Shown: piece after piece, positions 11,997 through 24,120 of the stretch
Layout of the letters: each line of letters begins with the position of its first letter
How positions within the stretch are numbered: the first letter of the stretch is position 1
Origin: Takakia lepidozioides
Taxonomy: Eukaryota; Plantae; Bryophyta
Length of the DNA stretch: 64,000 nucleotides
Assembly: GCA_030704615.1 (NCBI GenBank)
Contig: CM060731.1
Span: forward strand, 18,228,001-18,292,000
Reading direction: 5' to 3'
Translations under genes and position numbers: made by a program
The notes under the pieces: model-generated
The model's input: the letters and a program-made list of their open reading frames with translations, nothing else
Database searches by the model: none
What the model was told of the DNA's origin: nothing

Positions 11997-13694
11997 GTCA
12001 AAAGAACCTCAAGAACCATAAACCGTTGCAATTGCCTTTCTCAGAATGGAAACCACTCTCTGTATGCAAGCTTGACCCATTAAGGCATTGTGTGTTGGAC
12101 AGCGTGGGTGTCAAGAGCCACAGCAGCAGCTACCGGTACCTCACAAGCAATTTCGATGCAGGATGGCCACCCAATTCGCCTCCAGGGTAGCAAACGACCA
12201 AGTTCCGAAGCCTTGTTTCAGACCCATCTGGTGCTCTTCCTCCACAAGCTTCACAGGCAGACGGAGTGACAGAAACGGCTAAGTTACAGTGGGCATCATC
12301 AAGGAAGCTGGCGGCCAGGGCGCCGTCATTCATTTGTTGGCCTTAGTTTGTGACGGCGCTGCCTACTTTATGAGACAGACGTTAATACGTTTTCTGAAAC
12401 TCCCTCCCTTTTATACAACTAAAACTACATTACTTAGGTGTCAGTTTGGCCTCAGCTCACTGTGGCATAAGTGGGTTAGTAAAAGGCTTTTGGACTTAGT
12501 ACATGGGTGACCAGTGTTTTCTTTTTTCTTCTCTTTTATTTTTTTATTTTTTAGAGAACAGGGGGATTGTCGCCCTGAAATTGATAAGGTAAGCCAAAAA
12601 TAACCTTACGAAAGCCATGAAGGCAGAGAAACAAACAGAACTAGAAACAGAAGGATAGCAGAAACAAGAAAGGATGTTCCAGCATCAAGCTTATTCTATC
12701 ATAAGCTACATCGGAGCCCATCCTAAAGAGAATAGCAGAAATGAGAAAGGAGAAAGAACAAGGACCTACAGCAGAAGCAGCAGTAGATGTCATACTGAAG
12801 CTTCAGTATAGTAAGCTTCACAGTATACTGTAAGCTATACTGTAAGCTACACAGTATAGAAGTCATACTGAAGCTACAGATATAAGCTACAAGAAGACTA
12901 CATATTAGGTGTTAAAGTGAGTGAGTTATTAAAAAAAAAAAAAAATTAAAGTGAGTCAAGGTATGGGACATAGTTGGGAACATTATTTACTCAGAATGGT
13001 AGATCATACAATTGTTTAATTAAATAAAAGGGTGGCAGATTTGAGGGTGAAAAAGGTTGTAGACTTTTAGGGTTAAAGATTGCCAGCTGATAGCCTAGAA
13101 AAACAAGTTGTAAGTGAGCATAGTGACTGGTCATGAGTCACAACTATGGAGTGTGCTCTGGCAAGAGAAGGCTATCCTAACAAGCGAGAAAGTGCTCTAA
13201 CTTAAAGAAACTCCAAAAGCAGCACATGTTGGTTGGGAGGAGGCTCCATCGCACAACACACTGTCTCACACTTGAAGCACTCTACACAAACAGTGACCCA
13301 ACTGATGTTGGTGTTACAATTTACTGGCAAAGCTGGGCACTCTGAAGATCAGACAGACACTTAGAAAATTCAGGAAGCCGCCTCTGACTGTTGGCACTGA
13401 CATATCAGTGGTGAATGAATGATTGAATTATAAACAAGGGTAGCAAATGTGCTACTGCCTTGCAAAATTTACAGGTGAACATACAAGCCTGCCATCTACT
13501 GGGGTGATGGAGGAGACCCATCCTGGAGGGCTCTCTAAATTTCTGTTTCCCTTCACTAGTCTAAGTAACTCTGAACATAAATGAAGTGGGAGAGAGGGAG
13601 CATCGTGCAAAACTTCTGACACAGCCCAGGTTGTTATTGGGAGCCCAAGACCAGACATGAACCCAGATGAGGACAGAGCAGACAATTTGATGAA

Positions 13695-15329
13695 CTAGGC
13701 TGTTATTTGTACCCATACAGAAGTGCTTGGAGTGCCCTGATTGAGGACAGTGAGCAAGTAGTAGCCAGCGGGTGCCACAATTGCAGAAGGAGGAGCAAAC
13801 ACAGTGGCTACAAAGCTTTTACCGGTAGCGGTGATTGCACCAGCTTTGAGTGTGAGCAGGCGTTGATTCATGGAGAACGTGTGTGTGGTGAAGGGTGGAG
13901 CATACAGATTGAACAGCACATTCTTGGGAGCGCCTGCAACAGTGAAGGTCACTTTGAAATTTGTGTTGTATCCCACCCGCGCACTGTAGAGGGTGATCTT
14001 TGGGCGTCGCAGGTTGTAGCCTCTGCTCAGATAATAGGGACTGTATTTTTCTATCCGAAGCTCAGTAGGGTAGAGGACACCCGCGAATGCATACCCTGCG
14101 TTGGGATTGCTGCCACCCACTAGTACCGAGCCGTCTTGTAACACAATCGCTGTGGAATGATAGAGCCTGGGGATGGTGCTAGCTCGTTGTGCTAGGTAAC
14201 GCCGGAAGATGGGATTGTAGAGCACTGGTTGCAGGGCGGGATTGCGAGCCACTCCCCAACCAGCAGTGCCCTCTTGCGCTCCATTGATGATAAGAACCTC
14301 CCCGGTAGGCAACAGAAGCATGTCTCCCATTACTCGTGGAAAAGGCATGTTTTCCATGACCCAAACCGGGTTGACTGCCGTGATAACCATGCGCCCACAC
14401 GTCTGCAACGCAGGTATAAACTTCCCTCGATTTGCATTAGGAAACGCCCCATCAGGTGCCCCACCACAGATCATGACCTCCACTGTCGCGAAGTTGTTAG
14501 CAGCTGAAAGAGGGAGCATCACTGAGGACCCTGACGATGGGTAGTTGCGAGGCCCACCTGGAATAGTCGGATACTTGCGAACCACCTGGCCAGTCTTGTA
14601 ATTCAACAAAATGGAATCTTTGTTTGCAAAGATGAACAGGTTCCCGTCCGATGAGAGGTGAAGGAAGGGATATAGATTGTTCTCAGAACCGGCTTCGTTA
14701 GTTGCCTGCAAGAAGGGAAGACTGTGTGCACCCTCCCCGTTTGCCTTGGGTAGAAACTCGTAGCTGTATTGCCGCCGACCTCCAACCACAATGACACGGT
14801 TGTCAGGTAAAATCTGATCGGATGCATACCAGCGAGCTACAGCAAGTCCTCTAGGAGTCTCCACCCAATCATCAGCTGGGCCGACGCCAATGTGACGAAC
14901 TACATTGCCTCCATCGTTCCAACCTCCTGTCTGCGTCAATGTCCCATCGGCTTGGAATGCACCTGAGGAGCACCAGGTATCTGTAAGAACTTCCAGAGGC
15001 CGAATTTTGTTTGTGGTAAGATCATACTCCACTGAATGAGCCCAGCAATCATCTTTGAGTGCTAAGTCATTAATGTCATGGCGGCACTTTCCATTGGGGA
15101 GCTTGATTTGCGATGGTCCATAGTCAGTCCTATCGAAGATGATGACTCTATTCGTGTGCGCCAACATCATGTGCATGGCCGACACCCCCGAGTTTTGTAC
15201 TACGACTTGCCATGAGTCCGCCGAGCCTGCAGCTCCCAGTCTTGCCCAGCTACAGAGCATTATGAGACTAATGCTCACCAATGTCATCCCTTGTCCCATC
15301 GCCATGGCTAGTTTCTCTTTGCACATCAA
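13695..15329 (-). CDS. Secreted glyoxal/aldehyde oxidase (galactose oxidase-like copper radical oxidase, AA5), intronless
   Basis: 544-aa ORF with a hydrophobic N-terminal signal and the motifs GVSAMHM, TDTWCSSG, RWYAS, NNLYP, RLYHS, GSNP and THTFSMNQR. The Cys/Tyr/Tyr/His/His copper-radical residues are all present. Confidence 0.95.
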   Translation of the reverse strand: MMCKEKLAMAMGQGMTLVSISLIMLCSWARLGAAGSADSWQVVVQNSGVSAMHMMLAHTNRVIIFDRTDYGPSQIKLPNGKCRHDINDLALKDDCWAHSVEYDLTTNKIRPLEVLTDTWCSSGAFQADGTLTQTGGWNDGGNVVRHIGVGPADDWVETPRGLAVARWYASDQILPDNRVIVVGGRRQYSYEFLPKANGEGAHSLPFLQATNEAGSENNLYPFLHLSSDGNLFIFANKDSILLNYKTGQVVRKYPTIPGGPRNYPSSGSSVMLPLSAANNFATVEVMICGGAPDGAFPNANRGKFIPALQTCGRMVITAVNPVWVMENMPFPRVMGDMLLLPTGEVLIINGAQEGTAGWGVARNPALQPVLYNPIFRRYLAQRASTIPRLYHSTAIVLQDGSVLVGGSNPNAGYAFAGVLYPTELRIEKYSPYYLSRGYNLRRPKITLYSARVGYNTNFKVTFTVAGAPKNVLFNLYAPPFTTHTFSMNQRLLTLKAGAITATGKSFVATVFAPPSAIVAPAGYYLLTVLNQGTPSTSVWVQITA

Positions 15330-18300
15330 TGGGAGCCTTCCACTTTCACATGAATATATGTGCCGACTGTCAGAGAGCTAACACACACTAGAGCTCTCTC
15401 TCGAGGAACCGAGTTCTAGCTTAGCTTTCGCAAGGCAAGCTCGGGGCATTGAACTACCGTCGAGTTGCAGACAGATTGGAGGACCTGCAGCTGCAAAGAC
15501 TCACCTGGGCTATTCTTTTGTTACAAGCCCTCTTCGTATTGGATAAGAAAACAACTGAGGGAGCTCAGAGGCAGACACGAGCTCAAGACTCACTACGGTA
15601 CCGTAGGCTAGGTGTGCTCCTTGGACTGATTCCGAGATCGAGGGAACTCAAAGAGCCAAGATACTAGTTATGATTAACGACTTTGCCTCCTAGTGCAAGG
15701 ACTTTGCGTGTTGTCCCGAGCAAGATACGTGCACTCACGTAATAAGTGCAGCTTCATCTGAAGGTCTGGACAGCTAATAAGAGAGAAGGGGAGCCAATGA
15801 ACACGTACTGAAGTTCACTACCAGCTCGCTCCCTCCTCTCTCGCTGCACAACATGAGAGAGAGATCCACACGTAGCCAGCACTCTAGCTGGCCGACTACC
15901 CAAGTTCCAACTCACTACATTAAGTTGTGCCACTCTGCCCCTCACTCTGCCTGTACAGGCGGCGCTTTACGCTATGTGTTCTTTCGGGTAACTGAAGAAC
16001 CACTCGAGGAAGCTACAGCACCAGCGACAGGGACACCGATATTGCTTTCTAACTGTAACTGCACTCCCAACTACCCACTCTATATAGCAAGCGCTGCGGA
16101 TCTCCGAGGTTACCAAGGAAATAGGAGTTGTAGCAAAGTTCTGCTGGGTTTCAAGCGCACAAGCCATCACTGCCTGCACCATTGACCTGTGGGTTATCTT
16201 GATGAAAGATATCAATGAACTTGAATGCAAAGTACCGTATCTGCAAGATGAAGGACAGGTAGCCCTTCCGTTTAGATCGCAGCAGTGAAGACAGTGAAGG
16301 ATGGTTGGTAGAAGATTTTTAGTCGAGGGATTACCAGTACAGTAGGTGGAACTGGTTTATTATTAGTGACTACCTAGTTTCGAACTAAATACGGAATACA
16401 GCCCACTCGTTTGACTTTTTCAGGGGGCTCCCTATGTCTCTGCGGATTGACGTCACGAGCTGATCTTGCATCATGACGACAGCTGCAGACACGCATTGCA
16501 ATCCCTCGTGCCCTCAATCTGCACGCTGTGCAGTCTGGAAGCAGGCTGTTCTCCCATCTCTTCCCTGACCTGGTCAGAGAAAGGCTAGAATTGGATCATT
16601 CAATCATAGCCCCTGCCAAGTTGAAACCCTTTTCTCTGGACTATCTTTCAGAGGACACGGCTCCCATCGGAGGTTGTGTAAGTAGGTAGGTTCGTTATTC
16701 ACTGTTCGATTGAGATGCAGAGATTTGCATTTTGTTCTGTTAGACATCAAGATTCATATGACTAAATTGGTGTGTAACTGAACTTTCGGATGTGGGCCAG
16801 GCAGGATAACAAACGAGGTGAATGTCAGCAATGGATCAACCACTTACGAGCAATTAGGTTCGGCTCCGCTTCAATGAACGAAATGAGTGACTTCCATCAC
16901 TATCTCAATCCACTCAGCCATGAACTCTAAGTAACTCTCCCAATCAATTGCATAAACCAAATCCAGCGCATGTGACTTGGACTCGACAAGTACATCACGT
17001 CATCCTGGCATTCATATTCGCTGTAGCTAATTTTGGTTGTCCAGAGACAATTCTATGACCCTGCGAACCTTCCGCCAGCCTGGTAGCTCAGCTCGGCATT
17101 TCTGACGACAGGATGACAGGGTATGTAACAGCAGCTTGCCCACACAACACCAGAAACTTAGTGTACACTTGGTGCGCCGCAGGGCAGTTGCAGTTGTGGG
17201 TCAGTAGTTTTTGTGATACTGCTAGTGCACACGTGAAACAAATCGAACAAAGTTCTATCGGTCCTCGTAAGTACGTAAGTACCTATCCTGGGACGCGCAT
17301 TGCCCGACAGCTTGCATGGGTGAGGCCCAAGCTCATAGCCCATGGATATTGGAGAGAGAGACGTGGGGACGTTGGGACCCTTGAGTACGAGTCTGCAGTA
17401 GAATCAGCGTTTCTTTTAAGGTATTTACATTGTAGCACAAGTGGCATCCATTAGAACCTTAGAGGAGCATGTCTGGCGCTTGTACAAAATGCGTAGTGGA
17501 AATGGCTGGCGATAATATGAGATTTTGAATGGGTATTGGGCGAATGAACCTAAAACCTAGTAGACTTGTTGAGGCGAATAACCCAGAATTGACATAGCAA
17601 ATTGGAGGGTTTAGGCATCATTGGAGACTAGGCAGAAATTATGCCAAACACCACCAAAAAAATTTAAACCACCATTCATAAGTAGAAAACCTTAAATTGG
17701 CTTATATTGCATTTCAGTCAATCTACACTGTGGCATATTTGAACCCTGGCCGAAAAAGACCTTGCCTAATGCTCTATGGCACATAGATAAGAAGTATCAA
17801 TGTTTGCTCTCTTTAATCGCAGCCTTGAGTGATTACTGATACTAACATAAAGTGCATGCGAAAGCACGCTCTGCAACTTGCAAGCAGCCCTAAGGCCTAA
17901 AGAGAGAGGAGGAAAAAAATGAAAGAAGGAAGATGTGTGTTTTAGGTTTTTTTTTTTTGTTTTTTGGGTCCCCTAAACTTGCTGACATGTGTCCTTTCAT
18001 CCCAAAAACAATGAATAAATGACATTCTCATTCCGTTTTTGTAACCCTCTGCCACCCTTTTGATTATCATCCTCCTCTGCAGTCACCCTTTTGCCCTCCT
18101 CCGCGGCCACCTTTTTCATATTTAAGAACTTTATCATCCAAACCAGGTTGCTATCAAAAAAATGTTGAGGTGTTAGTATTTGAACATCAAGTCGATTGGC
18201 TAGGAAGGAAGATCTCTACTACTAAGCTACCCATACATATATTATAATAATAACACTACAAAATCTATCTATCCAGATTATACTATACTTACCCATATAT

Positions 18301-21300
18301 ATATATATACAAAAATGGGCAACATAGCTGGCTCCACGTCCTCCCGCGCACTCGGAATGCGGCGATGTCTTGCACGTGGTCCGTGGGATCTGGCTCCTTT
18401 GCTGTAAACTGTCTTCACTCAATATGGCGCCATGTGCCTCCCTGTGGCGGCCCCTCTAGCGAATGGTGGGCCCATCATATAAGCTTTTGGCGAAAAGTGA
18501 TGATTTTTCAGCCTCATTTCCCTTTACCCCTGTCGCCAAGACCCGCCCCAGGTCGAAATCTGGCGATTATTCGCCACTAAAAGAATGGCTGAGTAGAATG
18601 GAATTTGTTCCATTCGAGATTCACAAGTTAGATGTTCTACCAGCATTCACTGACCCTCACAGATCAGTTTGATCAAGGATAAGGTGATCAGGGTCGCGCC
18701 CATCTTCTGCTGTGTACAGCTAGCCTACTGTGTATGTAATAAGCACGGTGGAACAAATTCGTGGACTCATTGAAGAGACCCAGTGTCATTCCCCCCTTGA
18801 TGAGCTGCATGCGGTAAGTGGCGATGAAAGGCTGCCAAAATGAGCAACACAAAAGCGCATGAGTGCACTGCATGCAACCGATACACAACAATAGCCCATT
18901 CACTTCCCCCCTCTCCTCCTAAAACATTATTGATGTACTCTGTGTACGTAGCATTGAAGTTTTAGTTGAATTCAGTGAATGTTGCATGCGCATATACTCA
19001 AGTAATACAAAGTGCCCGGGAAGTTGAGTGCCCTGACACCAATGTCAGCGCCCTCATCCTCTGTCCACCCGGACCTCGGCCGGGACCGATTGATCCGGAT
19101 TGCTTGGCTAACCCACAAATCCCACAAGAAAAGCGTGTTTTGCATTTTCCAGTGAAAGATTAAGAATCATTTCTTCTCTGCCACCTTCCGACATTCATTC
19201 TTGAAGGAAGATACAGAGAAAAGAAGACAAACATTTGTAACAAATTTTGAAAACAAGGTAAGCAGGTGTTACTGGTTTGTACCAGACTCATGAGCTCTGT
19301 CCAGACTAAAGAGGTCGGTCCTGTCTCTCTCAGTTTTTCTGGCGCAAAATTTTTTCCTTCTACTGCTTGCATTTAACACAGCAAACTACATAAGGTTATT
19401 AGTAGGTACTTGGGATGTCCATCGACATGCCTCTCCCTGCCTCTCCCTGACATGTGGGAGGCCATGTCAGAGTAACCACTAACTACCAGACCATGAGGTA
19501 CCTACTTGGCCTACAAACCGCCGTGAGTGCACAAGGTTTTCTGGTGCCGTTGGATCTGTTGACTTGTGTCTGTGAGTGACGAGTCCATACAGCTCATGAA
19601 AGGAATTTAAGACAAGTTAAGTCGCCTGCTTGGGTATCCAGGTATGACAATGTGTAGTTGCAACTTTGGAGTCTCGAATCCAAGGCAAGAATCTTGTGGG
19701 ACCCAATTTTAGTCCCTCGGATCCGTAGCCTCCGTACTCTGGGCCCACATGCCACCCACATCGGCTTCCTCAGCAGCCTTCATGACCACAATCGGCTTCA
19801 GCGTTTTCCATACTTAGCTTCCAGAGATATAAAACATCCAAGAATATCAACGGGAAGAGGGTCATCAACGCTGCTCATCACTCTCTGCGTGGAACAAAGT
19901 ACACCATCGTCAGGGTTGAAGCGGAACCTGAAAGGGCAACTGTCAAAAGCACACCTAGATGAGAGAATTTGAAGCAAATCCTACAAAACCCTCAACTTCA
20001 TACGTAAAACAGTAAGAAAGGAAGGCATTGACTGGCATGCCCAATCAAAACAGTCCTTCTACTGGGTCCCATGAGTGACTCAGACGGCATCAATCGTCCA
20101 GCAAGGCGAAGAAACACCTGCACATTGCCTACCTGCTGTTCTTCAATTGCCCCTGAAGAGACAATGCCTTTTGTCTACAAAGACATCTCGAAAGGGCTTT
20201 CGAAATGCAATTCCTCCTGAGATCTGTTCAGTGCACCGATGCCCCTACGAATCTTCTCCTGTGATGCCTAGTATGTTCAACAACTGGAATCATGAACGGC
20301 CCCTGGTTGTAGTTTGTCATCTTGGCATCCAAAGGCTCATCATGTGGGCAAAGAAAACCGTGTGGCTCCAGGCTTGATTTCTTACATGACAGAGGTGCGG
20401 CACCGATATCTGTTCCATGGTCGATTAACCATGTCTAAGATCCCCATACCCTTGTTGTGCACTTGCAAAAAGAGGCTCTCACAATGCATCTCGGCTACTG
20501 CTTGAAGATCTGCATGACCGTAACTTCCCCTTTTCACCCTATCTCGTAGCTTGCAATCACCAAGTCAGACAGTAGTATTCGTCTTCCGCTCTGGAAGATA
20601 GGTAAACGTATTCCGCAGATGCATCATCCGAGACGGAGACAAGGAGAGTGTAGCAACTTCTCTCTGTGATAGAAGTAATTGCCTTGGCAGCTGGTCCAAT
20701 GTTTAGGGCACAAGGGCTACTTGGGTAAACCTGTTGCCAGTAACCCTACCGATAAAGCATATCTCAGTTTGCTTAGAGATCCTTGTCGTAATTTGCTTGC
20801 TAGAAGCACGGTTTCAAGTACTTCCGATGGTGCAGAGCATGTCCACTTACGCTTGTTCATCTTCCGAGTAAGTAATCTTTGCAGAGTTTACATCATTGCT
20901 TTGTTTCAGGGCAAATCCTTTGAGATGGTAACGAGGTTCTTAGAAAGGTCCCACCTTCTAAATGAGCCATTGCACCGAGGGGTGAAGACGATGTATACCA
21001 TAATTTGCTTCCACAGGTAGCCCACCTTCCTTACCTCAGAATGGCTCGATTATTCCTTTCTTCGAATTCACATCTTCACAGCTTCTTCGATCGAAGCCCA
21101 TGTTGATTCGGGAATAAGACCACCACACTTCTTCTATGTTAGTCGTATCTTGTAAGAATGTTGTTCCATTTTGTTCCAGTTTCCTTGTAGAAGCCATGAG
21201 GCTACAAGCACGAGGGTAACAGAGCATTTGTACAAGATAAACCCAAGATCGCTCAGGGCCCCACTGATGTAGTGAAAGATGGGCAATGGAAAATTCCGGT

Positions 21301-21526
21301 GATGCTTTAAGGATAAGTTCAATCCGCGATGTCTCTTGGATCATCTCAAAATCAAAATGCAGGCTTTTGGTGAAGTACCCAGCCCTTCAAAGATGGTAGA
21401 CATGTGAGCAGTGTTATCGTTTGCATTGCATTCCGTGCTCCTCATGTGGCTTCAACTGGCATGAGCTCGAAACTGGGGAAAATGGAAGTGTAACACAGTC
21501 TTGGAGAATTCGGGGGTGTACTAAAT

Positions 21527-22783
21527 TCATTCACTGAGTAGCCAGATGGGTGGGCTGCTGTACCAGAGAAGAGTATTGCCATTAGGCCCTTTCCTGAAGA
21601 GAGTCTCCTTGTAATCGTAACAGGTCCAAAACAGTTGGTCTAAATGGTGCATTCGTTCGTACTGTTGCATGAGAAGACTCTCCTTCATATCCTCTTGCAA
21701 AGATCTGGCTGACAACAGCAGCTCATTCCACACTCGGAATATAATCACATCCACAGGAACGTCATGCTGGTGACAAATGCATGAAGAGCACAGAGCAGAC
21801 CAAATGTGCCACAAGGTGAACGATCGTGTCAACTCCCACAAATATATTGAGGCTGCGCCCGACAGGCTCTCTCTTATTCTGCGCCGGAATTGAGGTGTAG
21901 ATCCTGGGTGTGATACCTGGCGCAAGGACTGCACAATCGACAGAACCTGCGGTGAGCCCAGTAACAGTTCCTCCCAAGACAGATCATGGAGAATGCCCAG
22001 GTGCCTGCGAAGGCGACATATTCTCGCCCAAACTTCCTGTGCTTTCGGACAGTCATACAAGCAATGACGGATCGTCTCGACCACATCTTGGTTACAACAT
22101 TCACACCTCGCACCTTTCCCTCCGCACTGCATCAGTGTCAAATTCTTGGTGAGGACCCGCCAAAGGAATCGAGAAATCTTCTTGGACTTGCCTCGTTCCC
22201 ACAACAAGTCCCAGGTTTGACACTGCTGCGTGGTAGTCAGGCCTAGCTCCTGCAAGAACTCTGAACCCCGAGTTGATATTGAGGGTAGTATGGCTTTCAA
22301 AGAAATTCGAGAGCTATTAACGCACCACACATCTTCGCAATTGGAGGCCTGGTTGCTGGATTGAGGACTATTGGGTGCAGAAGGAGTGCCAGTCAGTTCT
22401 AAGAGCTGCTCTAAGTGAAGCCAAGACTTGCTTGTCGAGTCCCATACATGAGCAGGTGGTGCTTGTCCTCCAACCGAAGTTGCCCAGGGACCAAAATTAC
22501 TCCGCAATTTGGAACCATTACTAGTGTATTGCATTAACTGTTGACAATAGTGCAAACTGTGGGGATTCCATTGAAGCTCAAGCTTTCTACTGGACTCCTG
22601 GGGCAATGCTCTCAATCTAGAATAGTATGTTCGCATAATTGAGAACCATGCGTTTATAATACCTTGCAAAAGCTTAGAGTTGGATCCCCAGGACCAGTGA
22701 ATTTTTGGAGGCCCAATTGTAGCTACCCAGTACTGGAAAGGGTGTGCATCATCCTTGGTTGATGCCATGTCTGCCGTTTGCAA
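21527..22783 (-). mobile_element. 3' fragment of L1-type plant LINE ORF2 (zf-RVT region)
   Basis: KKISRFLWRVLTKNL..CECCNQDVVETIRHCLYDCPKAQEVW..SWEELLLG..LWHIWSA is a zf-RVT-like CCHC finger with a Trp-rich tail. The RT core is absent. Confidence 0.8.
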
Positions 22784-23299
22784 TGTCAGTGGGCAGATAA
22801 GGTCCCCAACCCGCTCAAAAGGTACCCGTCAAACCAGAAAGAATGTTGAAAAGTCTGGGGGGGGGAATATTCCTGCATACATACACTGGGTTGCTTCAAG
22901 ACAAGATGAAAGCTGATGCAGGATGTGAGTGGAACTGTAGAATCAAAGGCAGGAGGAGAGGTCACTCTTCCACTATCAACTAAAGAAAGTTTCATCAGGC
23001 CAAGACTTTGAAAAGCTTCACTACATCTACAACCATTTTTCTAAGCTAAGATTCTAGCAACGCCTTTTCCAGATGGTTCGAGAGATGAGGTTTCATATCA
23101 CATCATTTCGGATTGAAGTGTCCATGCCTTTTCCATTCCATTTCTCAATGAATCGACCCATAACCTAATCTATTCGAAGAGGTCGAAGGAGAAATGAAGA
23201 GGTGGACATGAAAGGGCTCATATTCATGAAGAGGTAGGTTGTAGGTTCTCGGATAATCGACGTTTACAAATGTTAGCTCTCCTAATTAGTACTTCGATC

Positions 23300-23850
23300 A
23301 AGTACTGGAGGATGGCAATGCTTAGTTCCAGTATGTGGATGTTTCTACTTAAACCTGTTGTCCCCTACATGTTCACCCCCGGGACGAACTAGGTGCACTT
23401 GGCGGACAGAAGTTATCACACCCAAGCCTACTGCTGGGTTGCAGATGGCGAGAAACGGCTGTCATCCGGACCCAACAAACTCTCAGCAAAGTCAGGTCAC
23501 CATCTTAACTTTTCTGCCGATTCCTAACGATTTTGCATAAAGCTGAATGAAGCTGAAGTCAAGTCTATAGTCTATACCACTTGTTCAATGGTGTATCAAA
23601 AGCAGCAGACTGGAAGCCAACAACAAGGAATGTCATCAGTAGGCAGTGCATAAGCTTCATTACTATCATCGAACCGGAGGATTTACGATGGCCGTCGAGG
23701 TGTGCGTGCCATAGATCACCGAAGTAGGGTGACGACAGCAAGGCATTCCAGTCCTTGCACACTGGCGAAAACCAAACAGTTGTGGAATCCGCAGGCATGC
23801 CAGCACTTTTTCCAAAATCTCACTAGGAAGGTTCTCCCAGAAGAGCTGTT
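23300..23850 (-). pseudogene. F-box protein pseudogene
   Basis: FWENLPSEILEKVLACLRIPQLF, then a frameshift, then SPVCKDWNALLSSPYF form an F-box motif. Downstream AFDTPLNKW and LAICNP are typical of F-box/kelch-type proteins. Several stops and frameshifts; boundaries approximate. Confidence 0.65.
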
Positions 23851-24120
23851 ATCAAGGCCCATCTCCGTTTCTTGCAGAAAATAGCTTTACTGTTCTCCTC
23901 TCTTGTCTGGCAATCTACAGGGCGACTTTAATCGACCCTCTGTTGTAGCTCCTTGCATTGTGAGGATCGGAGCGCAAGTGTGAGCAAAAGGGAAGACATC
24001 ATCTAAACCCGTACACTCCAATGGGCGAAGCCCAACGTCGGTGTTCTGAGATTCATGCTGTGCACATCGAGTTTGAAAAGAGCAGGACGAAGGTGCACGG
24101 AGGGAAGGACTGAGGAAGAG

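Noticed and set aside
13707-15381. Short + strand ORFs overlapping the glyoxal oxidase gene, and similar antisense ORFs over other genes and LINEs
   Set aside because: Shadow frames of real coding sequence with no recognisable motifs.
19600-21400. Degraded gene on the - strand
   Set aside because: Fragmentary frames with no assignable motif.
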